From Candidatus Omnitrophota bacterium (GTDB lineage Bacteria; Omnitrophota; Gorgyraeia; B26-G9), in assembly GCA_043805415.1 (NCBI GenBank), contig JAZDHZ010000021.1, forward strand, positions 8,127 to 72,126: DNA of 64,000 nt. Direction: 5' to 3'. Of the stretch, positions 39,327 through 49,774 are shown one piece after another; position 1 is the stretch's first letter; each line of letters opens with the position of its first letter. The notes under the pieces are model-generated. The model saw only the letters and a program-made list of their open reading frames with translations, was not told the DNA's origin and did not search any database. Both the position numbers and the translations under genes were made by a program.

Positions 39327-39355
39327 TTGACGAAAAGCCTATTTTCTGGTAGAAT
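39327..39355 (+). promoter_or_regulatory. Sigma70-type promoter for the rpmE-prfA operon
   Basis: TTGACG-N17-TAGAAT with extended TG. Confidence 0.7.
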
Positions 39356-39427
39356 TTCTAGTTCACAATCGAAGATGTGAACAAGCGTAAGATGTGTAGC
39401 AATACAAGACATTTATGATGTAAATAA

Positions 39428-39530
39428 TAATGATTCCGAAAGTGCCTGCTAGGCCGCAGCCATTTCGGACTAAATTCGCGTGGCTGACTTGATGTCGCAC
39501 AAATGCTCCATAAGTCAGACGCTCATTTAA
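39428..39530. repeat. Structured intergenic element, copy 2, in the rpmE leader
   Basis: Near-identical to 2966-3099; ends directly before the GGGAGG RBS. Confidence 0.85.
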
Positions 39531-39541
39531 AGGGAGGGAAA

Positions 39542-39742
39542 ATGAAGAATAAAATACATCCAGAATACAAACAAAGCACAATAACTTGTGCCTGTGGTGA
39601 GGTAATGAATACAAGCAGTACCAAACAAGATATCCGTGTGGAAATATGCAGCAGCTGCCATCCTTTTTATACTGGCAAACAAAAATTACTTGATACCGCT
39701 GGAAGAGTGGAACGATTCAAGAAAAGATATGCTAAACAATAG
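39542..39742 (+). CDS. rpmE: 50S ribosomal protein L31 (zinc-binding type)
   Basis: [29 protein letters not shown]; RBS GGGAGG. Confidence 0.97.
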   Translation: MKNKIHPEYKQSTITCACGEVMNTSSTKQDIRVEICSSCHPFYTGKQKLLDTAGRVERFKKRYAKQ

Positions 39743-40817
39743 TCTTTTATTTAGTAAGCTCAAAGAATTTGAAGATCGTTTCAAGTTATTGGAAAATCAA
39801 ATGAGTGATCCAGCGGTGATAAAAGACATTTCTGGATATCGAAAAATAGCAATTGAAAGATCCGAGCTTTCTGATAAAATTGCTTTGTTTACAAATTATA
39901 AAAATAATTATGAAGAAATTTCCCGTTTAGAAATGATTCTTCAAGAATCAAGTGAAGAACAAGAGTTCCTTGATCTGGTGGATGAAGAATTGAAAGTTTT
40001 AAAACAAAAACATACTAAGTTTATTGAAAGAATTGAAGAATTTTTAATCGAGCCTGATCCGAATGATGATAAGAATATTATTATTGAGATTCGGGCGGGA
40101 ACAGGCGGTGAAGAAGCAGCGCTTTTTGCCGCGGATCTTTACCGGATGTATGCTTATTATGCTGATAAGTGCGGGTTTAAAGTTGAAGTAATAAACTCAA
40201 GCCCAACGCCAATTGGCGGTTTTAAAGAAATAATTTTTTCTTTAGAAGGGATTAAAGCTTATAAGCGGTTTAAATTTGAATCCGGAATTCATCGGGTGCA
40301 AAGGGTTCCGAGTACTGAGACCTCAGGCAGAATACACACCTCAGCCGTAAGCGTAGCAGTATTGCCTGAAGCAGAAGAGAAGGATATAATAATAAATCCG
40401 CAGGATTTAAAAGTGGATGTGTACCGTTCTTCAGGTGCTGGCGGCCAAAGTGTAAATACAACAGATTCAGCTGTACGGATTACCCATTTGCCTACCGGAG
40501 TAGTTGTAACCTGTCAGGATGAGCGTTCGCAGATTAAAAATCGAGCTAAAGCTTTAAAGGTATTAAGAGCCAGACTGCTTGATCATGCCCAATTAGAACA
40601 GGCTTCGAAAATAAGCCAAGATCGAAAGAAGCAGGTTGGCTCAGGAGATAGAAGTGAAAAGATAAGGACTTATAATTTCCCCGATAGAAGGGTTACGGAC
40701 CATAGAATTTCTTTAACATTATATAAGATTGAACAAATTTTGGCAGGAGATTTAGATGAACTTGTTTCTGGATTGCAGAATGCGGAAAAAGAGCTTAAAC
40801 TTCAGCAAGAAAAATAG
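39729..40817 (+). CDS. prfA: Peptide chain release factor 1
   Basis: [21 protein letters not shown] (PxT), SSGAGGQ, RTYNFP. Likely start ATG 39729. Confidence 0.97.
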   Translation: MLNNSLLFSKLKEFEDRFKLLENQMSDPAVIKDISGYRKIAIERSELSDKIALFTNYKNNYEEISRLEMILQESSEEQEFLDLVDEELKVLKQKHTKFIERIEEFLIEPDPNDDKNIIIEIRAGTGGEEAALFAADLYRMYAYYADKCGFKVEVINSSPTPIGGFKEIIFSLEGIKAYKRFKFESGIHRVQRVPSTETSGRIHTSAVSVAVLPEAEEKDIIINPQDLKVDVYRSSGAGGQSVNTTDSAVRITHLPTGVVVTCQDERSQIKNRAKALKVLRARLLDHAQLEQASKISQDRKKQVGSGDRSEKIRTYNFPDRRVTDHRISLTLYKIEQILAGDLDELVSGLQNAEKELKLQQEK

Positions 40818-40858
40818 AATAGCAGCGATATAGGATAGATACTGATAAGTCAAAAAAC

Positions 40859-41332
40859 ATGATTACTTATTGCACCAAGGGGTGCGATTTTTTTATAAAA
40901 TATTACATGAGGCTGAAAGTGAAATTTACTAAATATGGGTTTTTAATAATCCTAGGTTTATTTTTCATGTTGGTATTAGCCAATAAAGGGCTCACTGAGA
41001 ATATGAATAATTCTGGCTCAGATAGAGTTATTTTTGAACAGCCCATCTCTTATGACGATGTTCTGAAAATGAAAGAAAAAGTCGAACAACTCGAAAAAGA
41101 ACAAAAAGAGAAGAATCCTGGAGCAATCGATCCTATGGGTAATAGTAATAGCTCTGATGAAAACTCTAAAATGCTTATAATGCTTAAAGCATTACTCAGT
41201 GCAATGGGCATAGATGCACCGGAAGATATGCCATTACCGGAAACAGACAATGCCCAAAGTAAAGATACAAATAACTTTAAACAGTGGGGAGCCCAGCACA
41301 ACTGGAAGGGTTTAAGCATTGAGCAAAGATAA
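40859..41332 (+). CDS. Hypothetical exported/membrane-anchored protein (true start probably downstream, about 40907-40919)
   Basis: ORF with a hydrophobic N-terminal stretch; no recognisable family. Confidence 0.55.
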   Translation: MITYCTKGCDFFIKYYMRLKVKFTKYGFLIILGLFFMLVLANKGLTENMNNSGSDRVIFEQPISYDDVLKMKEKVEQLEKEQKEKNPGAIDPMGNSNSSDENSKMLIMLKALLSAMGIDAPEDMPLPETDNAQSKDTNNFKQWGAQHNWKGLSIEQR

Positions 41333-41350
41333 TCTAGGCGTATGCTCTAA

Positions 41351-42265
41351 ATGCAGGATATGATGAATGAGTTTGCTAATAATCCTAAGATCGGTCAAGC
41401 TTTAATCACAGCAGAAATGCGGTTTTTAGAAGCGGGTATTGATTCAGCAAAAAAAGAAGCGGAAATTTTACTAGGGTTTTTTTTGAATTTTAAGCGCATT
41501 GAACTTTATGCCAAAAGAAATCAAATCATCGAAGACAATATTCTTAATAAGTTTCAAAATGCGGTTAAAAAAAGATGTCTGGCTGTTCCCCTGCAGTATA
41601 TTACTGGAGAGACTTATTTTTATGGGTTAAGGCTTCTTGTTTCTGAGGGGGTTTTTATTCCCAGACCGGAAACGGAAGTACTGGTCGAAAAATTAATCAG
41701 ACTGGCTAAGGCTAGTTTTCCAAATAGATTGAAAATATTGGAGTTATGTACGGGTTCAGGTAATATTTCAGTTTCATTGACAAAAAACTTACAATATTGT
41801 ACAATTATTAGTTCAGATATAAACATAAAGGCTTTAGAATTAGCCAGGCAGAATTTTCAGCTGCATGGGCTGAGTAGCCAAATAGAATTTATCCAAAGTG
41901 ATTTATTTAAGGCTTTGGATAAGAATGAAGCTTATAAACAAGAAAGCAATCGCTTTGATATAATCGTGTCTAATCCTCCGTATGTTAGTGGTGAACAAAT
42001 GAGTCAATTGCCCGCGGATGTGCTTAATGAGCCAAAAGAGGCGCTTTATGGAGGCTGGGATGGGCTTGATTTCTATCGGAAAATTATTAGTCAATCATGC
42101 GGTTATTTAAAAAAGGGCGGTTATCTGGCTTTTGAATTCGGAGATTGTCAAGCCCCGAGTATTGAAAAAATTATAAAAGCAACTGAGATTTTTGAGCCGG
42201 CGGAGTTTTTCGCGGATTTAAACGGAATATACCGATTTGTAATCACTAGGCGTATTAATGGATAA
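41351..42265 (+). CDS. prmC: Release factor glutamine methyltransferase
   Basis: PLQYITG, FIPRPETE, ELCTGSG, IVSNPPY, DGLDFYR. Confidence 0.96.
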   Translation: MQDMMNEFANNPKIGQALITAEMRFLEAGIDSAKKEAEILLGFFLNFKRIELYAKRNQIIEDNILNKFQNAVKKRCLAVPLQYITGETYFYGLRLLVSEGVFIPRPETEVLVEKLIRLAKASFPNRLKILELCTGSGNISVSLTKNLQYCTIISSDINIKALELARQNFQLHGLSSQIEFIQSDLFKALDKNEAYKQESNRFDIIVSNPPYVSGEQMSQLPADVLNEPKEALYGGWDGLDFYRKIISQSCGYLKKGGYLAFEFGDCQAPSIEKIIKATEIFEPAEFFADLNGIYRFVITRRING

Positions 42266-43523
42266 AATTATTATTGAAGGCGGAGTTCCTTTAAAAGGCA
42301 ATATTGTAGTTAGTGGTGCTAAAAACGCGGCATTGCCGATTCTTGCCGCTACTTTGCTGACTGAAGAAAAATGTATTATTAAAAACGTGCCTGTGCTCAG
42401 GGATGTTCTGACTATGCTTAGAATCCTGCGCAGTTTGGGAGTTAAAACCCAAATGCAAGGCAATAAAGTAATTATCGAGCCAAAAAAATGCAAAAGCTAT
42501 GTTGCTGACTATAAATTAGTCAGTACTATGCGTGCTTCAATTTGTGTTTTAGGTCCTTTGTTAGCTAAGCAAAAACAGGCAAAAGTATCAATGCCGGGCG
42601 GATGTATTATTGGCCAAAGACCAGTTGATTTGCATATAAAAGGTTTACGCGCGCTTGGGGCAAAAATTAAGATTGAGCATGGTTATATTGAAGCGCGGGC
42701 TAAACAATTGCGCGGGGCTAATATTTTCCTGGGCGGGGCATATGGTTCTTCAGTGCTGGCGACATCTAATGTGCTTATGAGCGCGGTTTTAGCTAAAGGA
42801 ACAACCTTAATTGAAAACGCGGCTTGTGAGCCGGAGATTGTTGATCTGGCAAATTTTTTAATTAAGATGGGCGCGAAGATAAAAGGTCAGGGAACTCCGC
42901 TGCTTAGTATTGATGGGGTTAAGCGGTTAAATGGTGCTACTCATACAGTTATCCCGGATCGTATCGAAGCTGGAACTTTTATCCTGGCGGCGGTAATTAC
43001 CGGAGGCGACCTGATTATTGAAAAAGCCCGGGCTGATCATTTGTCAGCGCTGTTTGATAAATTAAAGCAGATTGGGGTTTCAATTACTGTCCGCGGCGAC
43101 TGTATTCATGTTAAAAGAAAAACAGCGCTATTAAAGCCTGTGGACATAACTACCTTACCTTATCCGGGTTTTCCTACGGATATGCAGGCACAAATGATGG
43201 CAGTAGCAGCGGTTAGTGACGGAATTAGTGTGTTGACGGAAAAGATATTCCCAGACAGGTTTATGCATGTTAGCGAATTGAATCGTATGGGAGCAGGAAT
43301 TTTTTTAGAAGGAGCAAGCGCGATTGTCAAAGGCGTAAAACGTTTAAGCGGCGCGCCGGTTATGGCTTCTGATCTAAGAGCTTCCGCGGCGCTGATTTTA
43401 GCAGGCTTGGTTGCTAAAGGGAAAACCGAAGTTTCTCGGATTTATCATTTAGATCGAGGGTATGATAAAATTGAAGAAAAATTGCAGAAAGTCGGAGCAA
43501 AGATTAAAAGAGTAAAAGAATAA
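42258..43523 (+). CDS. murA: UDP-N-acetylglucosamine 1-carboxyvinyltransferase
   Basis: GAKNAALP, MRAS, PGGC.IG.RP, PDRIEAGT, PYPGFPTDMQ, DLRA, HLDRGY. Confidence 0.98.
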   Translation: MDKIIIEGGVPLKGNIVVSGAKNAALPILAATLLTEEKCIIKNVPVLRDVLTMLRILRSLGVKTQMQGNKVIIEPKKCKSYVADYKLVSTMRASICVLGPLLAKQKQAKVSMPGGCIIGQRPVDLHIKGLRALGAKIKIEHGYIEARAKQLRGANIFLGGAYGSSVLATSNVLMSAVLAKGTTLIENAACEPEIVDLANFLIKMGAKIKGQGTPLLSIDGVKRLNGATHTVIPDRIEAGTFILAAVITGGDLIIEKARADHLSALFDKLKQIGVSITVRGDCIHVKRKTALLKPVDITTLPYPGFPTDMQAQMMAVAAVSDGISVLTEKIFPDRFMHVSELNRMGAGIFLEGASAIVKGVKRLSGAPVMASDLRASAALILAGLVAKGKTEVSRIYHLDRGYDKIEEKLQKVGAKIKRVKE

Positions 43524-43545
43524 ATTTAAAAAGGGAGGTGAAATA

Positions 43546-43812
43546 GTGGCAGTTATTATTCGTTTATCAAGATTAGGGACAAAAGGAAAACCGCATCATA
43601 AAATTGTTGTTATAGAACAGCATAGACCAAGAGACGGTCGATTTATTGAAGAAATTGGTTATTACAATGCTTCACTTAAGCCAGCAATGGTTGAAATTAA
43701 AGAAGAGCGTGCTTTATATTGGATTAGCGTTGGGGCAAAACCAACAGGAACTGTAAAAAGAATCTTAAAAAATAAAATTATCTCTTTGCAAGGTAAAAAG
43801 GAGACAAAATAG
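43546..43812 (+). CDS. rpsP: 30S ribosomal protein S16
   Basis: VIIRLSRLG, PRDGRFIEEIGYYN, W...GAKPT.TV. Confidence 0.97.
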   Translation: MAVIIRLSRLGTKGKPHHKIVVIEQHRPRDGRFIEEIGYYNASLKPAMVEIKEERALYWISVGAKPTGTVKRILKNKIISLQGKKETK

Positions 43813-44117
43813 TGAAACGTGCTATTTTATTTATTTTGGCTGGCTTGATGGTTTTTTCTGTTTCGGGATGTAAAACTCTAAATGAGTTTATTAAACCCGA
43901 GGGAGAAGAGGCATCAATAAAGGCTGATGAGTTAAACCTTGATAATGACCAAGCATATCTCTTGCGCAGCTGGTATCATAATGCGGTTTTATCAGAAGAT
44001 GTGGGGGATTATAATACAGCAATTATGTACTATTCAAAGATTGTTGAGTATTTTCCGGAAACTAAAAAAGCGGCTATGGCCAAAAAACGGCTTAAGGTGC
44101 TAAATAAAGCGCATTAA
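43812..44117 (+). CDS. Small lipoprotein with a TPR-like repeat
   Basis: Lipobox VSG|C; GDYNTAIMYYSKIVEYFPET..A..A..RL. Confidence 0.75.
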   Translation: MKRAILFILAGLMVFSVSGCKTLNEFIKPEGEEASIKADELNLDNDQAYLLRSWYHNAVLSEDVGDYNTAIMYYSKIVEYFPETKKAAMAKKRLKVLNKAH

Positions 44118-44159
44118 TGTAGATATGTTTGTTAAGGCGAAAACAATAATTTTCAAAAT

Positions 44160-44855
44160 ATGCAGATAGACGTGTTGACATTGTTCCCGGAGATGTTTCC
44201 CGGAATTTTAAATGAATCTATTTTAAAAAGAGCTCAGGAAAATAAAAAAGCGCGAATTTCTGTTTATAATATGCGCGATTGGACACATGACGCGCGGAAA
44301 ACTGTAGATGATAAGCCGTATGGCGGCGGTCCGGGAATGGTGATTAAACCAGAACCGGTATATGAAGCTTGCGATGATCTTTGTAAAAAAAATTCACATG
44401 TAATTTTACTTACTCCTCAGGGAGAAAGATTTAATCAATCAATTGCTAAGGAACTTTCAAACCAAAAGCGAATATTACTGATCTGCGGTCATTATGAAGG
44501 TTTTGATGAGCGGATCAGAAAAATAGCAGATCGGGAAATTTCGATTGGAGATTATGTGCTTACCGGCGGGGAAATACCGGCGATGGTAGTTATTGATGCC
44601 GTAATCCGGCTTATTCCCGGGGTTTTAGGAGAAGAAGCTTCTTTAGATGATGAATCATTTAATGATGGCTTGCTTGAATACCCGCATTACACGCGGCCCA
44701 GAGTATATAGAAATATAAAAGTGCCGCAAGTGCTTTTATCCGGAGACCATAAAAAAATAGCAAAGTGGCGTTGTGAACAATCATTAAAAAGAACACAAGA
44801 AAAAAGAAAAGATTTACTAAGGGAGGAACTAAACAATGGTAAAGAAAAAAAATGA
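44160..44855 (+). CDS. trmD: tRNA (guanine-N1)-methyltransferase
   Basis: [48 protein letters not shown]. Confidence 0.98.
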   Translation: MQIDVLTLFPEMFPGILNESILKRAQENKKARISVYNMRDWTHDARKTVDDKPYGGGPGMVIKPEPVYEACDDLCKKNSHVILLTPQGERFNQSIAKELSNQKRILLICGHYEGFDERIRKIADREISIGDYVLTGGEIPAMVVIDAVIRLIPGVLGEEASLDDESFNDGLLEYPHYTRPRVYRNIKVPQVLLSGDHKKIAKWRCEQSLKRTQEKRKDLLREELNNGKEKK

Positions 44856-45186
44856 TCAGCCGAATATTGTTGACTTTGGACCTGGCGATACAATTAAAGT
44901 TTATGTAAAAATTCAGGAAGAAGAAGGAAAAGTTCGTATTCAGAGTTTTGAAGGAGTTGTTCTGCGTAAGCGTGGCGGAGGAGTGAGTGAGACTTTTACT
45001 GTGCGCCGAGTTTCTTATGGAGAGGGCGTGGAAAGAATTTTTCCTTTACACTCGCCGATTATCGACAGAATTGAAATTATTAAACAAGGAAAAGTGCGTC
45101 GAGCAAGACTATATTATTTGCGCGATAGAAAAGGTAAGAGAGCAAAAATCGAAGAAAAAAAGAAAACAGTTAAAGCTGAGGCTTAA
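44836..45186 (+). CDS. rplS: 50S ribosomal protein L19
   Basis: [43 protein letters not shown]. Confidence 0.97.
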   Translation: MVKKKNDQPNIVDFGPGDTIKVYVKIQEEEGKVRIQSFEGVVLRKRGGGVSETFTVRRVSYGEGVERIFPLHSPIIDRIEIIKQGKVRRARLYYLRDRKGKRAKIEEKKKTVKAEA

Positions 45187-45192
45187 CAAAGC

Positions 45193-45795
45193 GTGTGGCA
45201 AATAGAGCAATCTGTTTTTGACAGAGGGATTGAACTTATAGCGGGAGTGGATGAGGCGGGACGCGGCCCTTTGGCAGGGCCAGTAGTTGCTGCCGCGGTT
45301 ATTGTTCCTAAAGCGTATATATTTGAATCCAAAGTAACTGACTCAAAGAAATTGTCTGCTATTCAAAGGCAAAAAGCATATAAAGAGATAACTGCTAAAT
45401 GTGTTTTTGCTTTTGCTGTAGTTAGTGAAAAACAAATTGATGAATATAATATTCTTCAGGCTAGTCTTTTGGCCATGGCTAATGCCGTTAATAAGCTTAG
45501 CAAAAAACCTGAGTGGGTTTTAGTTGATGGCACGCATAAACCTAATATAATATTTCCCAGCCAAACAATAATCCAAGGGGATGCAAAAAGTATTTCCATT
45601 GCTGCCGCTTCAATTGTGGCAAAGGTTGTAAGAGATAATCTGATGCGTCAAATGGATAATCAGTACCCGCAATACGGCTTTGCAATTCATAAAGGCTATG
45701 GAACAAAATCCCATCTGCAAGCGATATCCCAGTATGGGCCTTGCCCGATCCACCGTAAATCATTCCAACCGATAAAAGACCTTATTAGTAATTAG
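45193..45795 (+). CDS. rnhB: Ribonuclease HII
   Basis: [41 protein letters not shown]. Confidence 0.97.
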   Translation: MWQIEQSVFDRGIELIAGVDEAGRGPLAGPVVAAAVIVPKAYIFESKVTDSKKLSAIQRQKAYKEITAKCVFAFAVVSEKQIDEYNILQASLLAMANAVNKLSKKPEWVLVDGTHKPNIIFPSQTIIQGDAKSISIAAASIVAKVVRDNLMRQMDNQYPQYGFAIHKGYGTKSHLQAISQYGPCPIHRKSFQPIKDLISN

Positions 45796-45958
45796 TTTTC
45801 TCTTGTATTTTGAATAATTCTCTTAAAATAAAATCTTATCAAAAATTGGCATAAAAAGTTAAAAAATGGTAAACTTTACTAATTTTTAATTAAATTAAAA
45901 TTAACTTAACCTTATGCGATCAAATGATAAATAGAATTTACGCTTTTACGGGGAAGAT

Positions 45959-48900
45959 ATGATTACCGGTAAAAAACTTCAAATATTTAAAAAAACACTG
46001 GCCTTGGTTTGCGGGTGGAGTTTCCTTTGCCTAAATAATGCGCTGGCTTTTAGCTGTCTTGATTATGCTCAGCAGGATAATTGTTTGAGTCCGCAGGTGA
46101 ACATTGCTAGTACGTTTTTTGTCGATAATTTTCAGAAAATCACAAGAACTCCGCGTTGGCTTAGACCGGATATTGTTGGTTTCTTTGGCGGTACAGGAGG
46201 CAATATTGCCGGCAATGTTTTAAGTTTCAGCGATTTAAATCAGTTCTTAACGGAAAAATTATTTGTCAGTTTTATTATCTCACCGCATGATGATGGCGGT
46301 TCTTCTGTTATTCTGCAGAGAGTTTTATCGGAATATCTTGGGTATACTCTTTCTCCAGGGGACACAAATAATATATTCTCCGGACTGACCACCAGTTATT
46401 TTAAAAAGCGGGTTCTGAGAACGCGTTTTGAAGAGAATATCTCCGGAACACTTTTACGCGATAAGCTGGAAAAAATTATCACCGCTACTGAAGATTTGGC
46501 CAGGTCCAGGCCTTTATTTTTAGATGAACAAAAAGAAAAAACAGTTAGCAAAATAACGATTGAAGGTATTGATTATCCAGTCAGTTTTGACTCACAGAAT
46601 AAGCGGTTTATATTTAATCAGGGTAAAGAAGCGGGGATTAATCAGAAGCTAATATTTGAAAAAGAGCAATTTATCATTAAACAATATGAGGGGAAAACAA
46701 TATTGTGTTTCATCCCTGATGAAAATAATTCAGAAGCCTTAACTTATGACTTGAAAACTAATTCTAATTGGGCACAGTTTAAACAGCAAATTCTAGAACT
46801 TGCCCAAAGTTTTGATCAGGAGTTTATAAACCCGAAAACTAAAACTTTGCCGGGAAAAATTGTTGATATCTCTTCCGGAAGCATGGGGAATTTTTTAATT
46901 GCCGCTAAGATGATTCAAACAGGGGTTTATGATCCTAAAAGAAAAGATTTAATTGATCAGGTTAAATACCACCAGGGTATTCAGGAGCTGTGTGATTTGC
47001 TGGATATTGATAATGGCTTTGTCAGTTGTTCAACTTTTGATCCGGCGATTTTGTATGTAAAACTTGCTTCAATTGCTATTGAAAAAGACAATAAAGCTTT
47101 ATTGCTGGATGGGAATAATGAACAGACTTTAAAGGCCAGCGGAATACTGATTGATAAAATAGACCGCGGCCGCGGAGTATTTGATATTAATTGCGAGGGT
47201 TCGGAAAATTCTCGGCGCACAAAGTTTGGTTTAAAAATCCGGGAATATATTGAAGGTTATGTATACAGGAATAAACCGGGCCGGGAAGACAGTTATTCAG
47301 AAGTGAGTTTGCCTTTAGATGTACTGGCGCAATATCCGGTTACGCTTAGCTATAATGGGCTTGAACTGAGTCTAAAAATCGCGAATCAGAAAATAGTTAG
47401 TCTGGACTATGAAAAAGATGGGAAAGATGAAAAAGTTAAAAAAGTTGGCAAAATTACTCAAGCGCAATTAGCAAAGCTTGAATCAGAAGGGCGGATTATT
47501 TTTGCTTTGCCGGAAACGGTTGCGTCGGCTTCAGCTACGGAGATGCGAAGCTTGCCGCGATTTTATATTGACGCAAAGTCAGGAAACTTGCAGATAGTTC
47601 TGGATACTAAGGGAATAGGCGTTGGGCTTTCAATAAATGGAGTGCAGTTAAAAATAAAAAGCCGTCTGGTTATTGAGCAGACAAATATAACCGAGGGGCT
47701 GCATCACTGCGGAATAATTGATTTTGGTTTTTTAAATAATGTTAAGCCGCGGGTTAACAAACATAGCCTTTTAGCGATGGAGAATGCTCCTTTGTTAATT
47801 ATGGGGCCAGGCAGTCAGTATACAAGCTTAATGTCGCTTTTACTTATTCCGGAAATCGTCGAAGCTTTGAAGCAAAGGGTTGCCAGCGGTAAAGAAAATC
47901 TGTTTATTTTTAATCCCTTAAGAGATAATGAAACTGTTGATAGTCAAAGTGTAAGGGATATTATTAGTGATATTGAGCGGATTACAGGAGTTGAGTTTGG
48001 GGAAATATTTAATAATGCGGTAGTTAATGATAGTCAAGCATTTCTGGAAGATTTTTCTAAAGCTGAAGACGATTTTAGGGCATTGGGAGAATCATCTCCT
48101 GATTATTTCGCGGCAAAACAATTATATGAAAAATATTTTAAAATGAACAGCTTAATGAATGAGATGAAAGATAAAAAAACATCAAAGACAAGAAAAGCAT
48201 CGAGTTTTTCCAAGCTGGCAAAATATTCAAGAGGTAGAATTAGTTTTGACGAAAATGATTTAAACGCGCTGATAGGCCAGGGTGTGGAAGTTTATAAAAC
48301 AAGAGTTATCTTGAGCTCCCGGGAAGTTCGCGAAAAAGGAAAGGCGCTGAAGGAGGAATCGATAAGATATGATAATGCTCAGATCGCGAATATTATTGAT
48401 CAAATACTTTGGAAGCGGGGAGCGGTATTTAAGCAGGATGAAAAATTAGGCAGACTCAGGCAGCAGCTTATTGACGAATATTTTGACGGAGATGCCGCTG
48501 AATTTGACAAAGCAAGCGAACGGATAAGAAATGAAGGGATCTTGAAATCAAGGAGTCCGGCCGCTACAGCAAGGTATATATTTGAGCGTTTGGTAAAAGA
48601 GGATTTTGTTTTTTCTGATAAGCAGCAGAAAGCTCTTTTGGGAAAGAAGGTAATAATTACTAATCTTAAGCATACGCTTTGTATGAAAAACGGGATTACG
48701 CCAAAAATAAAAAAAGAGCTAGAGGTGTTTTTAAAGAACAATGGTAAATTAATCGTTATTAGCGGTTTTGAAGTTGGAGAGATGAAGCGAAGGCTGCTTG
48801 ATTTTGTGGATAAAAGTTTATGGAGTTCAATTGTTTTAGTGGCTAATTACGGAACAGAGGCATGGTACTGGGATCAGCAGCAAGCAAAGCTAATGAGCTT

Positions 48901-49630
48901 ATTTACTTCTTTTTATGAAGAAGCCGGTATTACTGATGAGCAAAGAGCCAGATGGCAGCAAATAGTGGATAATACTGTGTTAGAGTATGGTCTGGATAAA
49001 CCGCTGAGAACTAAGTCCGTAAGTATGGATAAAACCATCGCGGAAGTTGAAGATCGGGGAACAATGATTGCTTTACGCTTGGGATCGCGGCTTTATCTGC
49101 ACAGCTTAAACCTGATTACCCTGGCAAATAGGCGCTTGAACGAACAGTATTTACCGTTGATTGGGGCTGATGGTGTTTTGCGTACTCCGATGCTTGAGCG
49201 TTTGAATAATATGTTTGCCAAATATGATCTGCCGATAAGCGCTGTTTTGGGCGGAACAGGCACGATTAATACCATGGTTAAAAAAGCAGCGGATAAAGGC
49301 GATGTTATTCAGCGGGTATTATGGGCAGCTAAAGATAAGGGATTGCTGCCCAGGGAAAACCTTGAGCAGCAGCTGCTGATTATGGGTAAGGGCAATTATG
49401 AAATAGCCAAAAAACTGGAATCTGATCAGGTGCCTTGGCTGGTGTTTCGGCTGCCGCGTCAATCTACTAAATATATGATTGAATTTAAGAAAAAGTATGG
49501 GGTCCAGGCTGCTGAGGTGTTTTTAGAACAGCTGAATCTTATCAAAAGCTCTCTTGAAGCAGCTAAAATATTGATTAAAGTATATGATTCTGTTCCTGGT
49601 AATTTAGATTCAATCGGTCAGGCGATATAG
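45959..49630 (+). CDS. Large signal-peptide protein: YvcK/UPF0052 (CofD-like) domain with large insertions plus a degenerate HAD-IIB domain
   Basis: ALA| signal. FFGGTG, HDDGGSS, SPGD, MGNFLIA, IMGPGSQYTS, RYD. Then IITNLKHTL, LIVISG, ANYG, DKG. Confidence 0.75.
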   Translation: MITGKKLQIFKKTLALVCGWSFLCLNNALAFSCLDYAQQDNCLSPQVNIASTFFVDNFQKITRTPRWLRPDIVGFFGGTGGNIAGNVLSFSDLNQFLTEKLFVSFIISPHDDGGSSVILQRVLSEYLGYTLSPGDTNNIFSGLTTSYFKKRVLRTRFEENISGTLLRDKLEKIITATEDLARSRPLFLDEQKEKTVSKITIEGIDYPVSFDSQNKRFIFNQGKEAGINQKLIFEKEQFIIKQYEGKTILCFIPDENNSEALTYDLKTNSNWAQFKQQILELAQSFDQEFINPKTKTLPGKIVDISSGSMGNFLIAAKMIQTGVYDPKRKDLIDQVKYHQGIQELCDLLDIDNGFVSCSTFDPAILYVKLASIAIEKDNKALLLDGNNEQTLKASGILIDKIDRGRGVFDINCEGSENSRRTKFGLKIREYIEGYVYRNKPGREDSYSEVSLPLDVLAQYPVTLSYNGLELSLKIANQKIVSLDYEKDGKDEKVKKVGKITQAQLAKLESEGRIIFALPETVASASATEMRSLPRFYIDAKSGNLQIVLDTKGIGVGLSINGVQLKIKSRLVIEQTNITEGLHHCGIIDFGFLNNVKPRVNKHSLLAMENAPLLIMGPGSQYTSLMSLLLIPEIVEALKQRVASGKENLFIFNPLRDNETVDSQSVRDIISDIERITGVEFGEIFNNAVVNDSQAFLEDFSKAEDDFRALGESSPDYFAAKQLYEKYFKMNSLMNEMKDKKTSKTRKASSFSKLAKYSRGRISFDENDLNALIGQGVEVYKTRVILSSREVREKGKALKEESIRYDNAQIANIIDQILWKRGAVFKQDEKLGRLRQQLIDEYFDGDAAEFDKASERIRNEGILKSRSPAATARYIFERLVKEDFVFSDKQQKALLGKKVIITNLKHTLCMKNGITPKIKKELEVFLKNNGKLIVISGFEVGEMKRRLLDFVDKSLWSSIVLVANYGTEAWYWDQQQAKLMSLFTSFYEEAGITDEQRARWQQIVDNTVLEYGLDKPLRTKSVSMDKTIAEVEDRGTMIALRLGSRLYLHSLNLITLANRRLNEQYLPLIGADGVLRTPMLERLNNMFAKYDLPISAVLGGTGTINTMVKKAADKGDVIQRVLWAAKDKGLLPRENLEQQLLIMGKGNYEIAKKLESDQVPWLVFRLPRQSTKYMIEFKKKYGVQAAEVFLEQLNLIKSSLEAAKILIKVYDSVPGNLDSIGQAI

Positions 49631-49711
49631 CCAAAATAAGCTTGATCCCGCAATTTGTTCTCATGAAATATCTAAAAGTTGTAACTCATTCACTGTCAAT
49701 ATATTACATTC

Positions 49712-49740
49712 TTGCAATAAGACATAAAATATGGTATAAT
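49712..49740 (+). promoter_or_regulatory. Sigma70-type promoter upstream of the RSH-like gene
   Basis: TTGCAA-N17-TATAAT with extended TG. Confidence 0.7.
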
Positions 49741-49774
49741 TTATAACATTTCAAAAAGGCTTAAAAAGTGAGAT

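Noticed and set aside
39503-39728. ORF-track N-terminal extensions of rpmE (39503) and prfA (39636)
   Set aside because: RBS position and family N-termini support starts at 39542 and 39729. The extensions run through the repeat or overlap rpmE.
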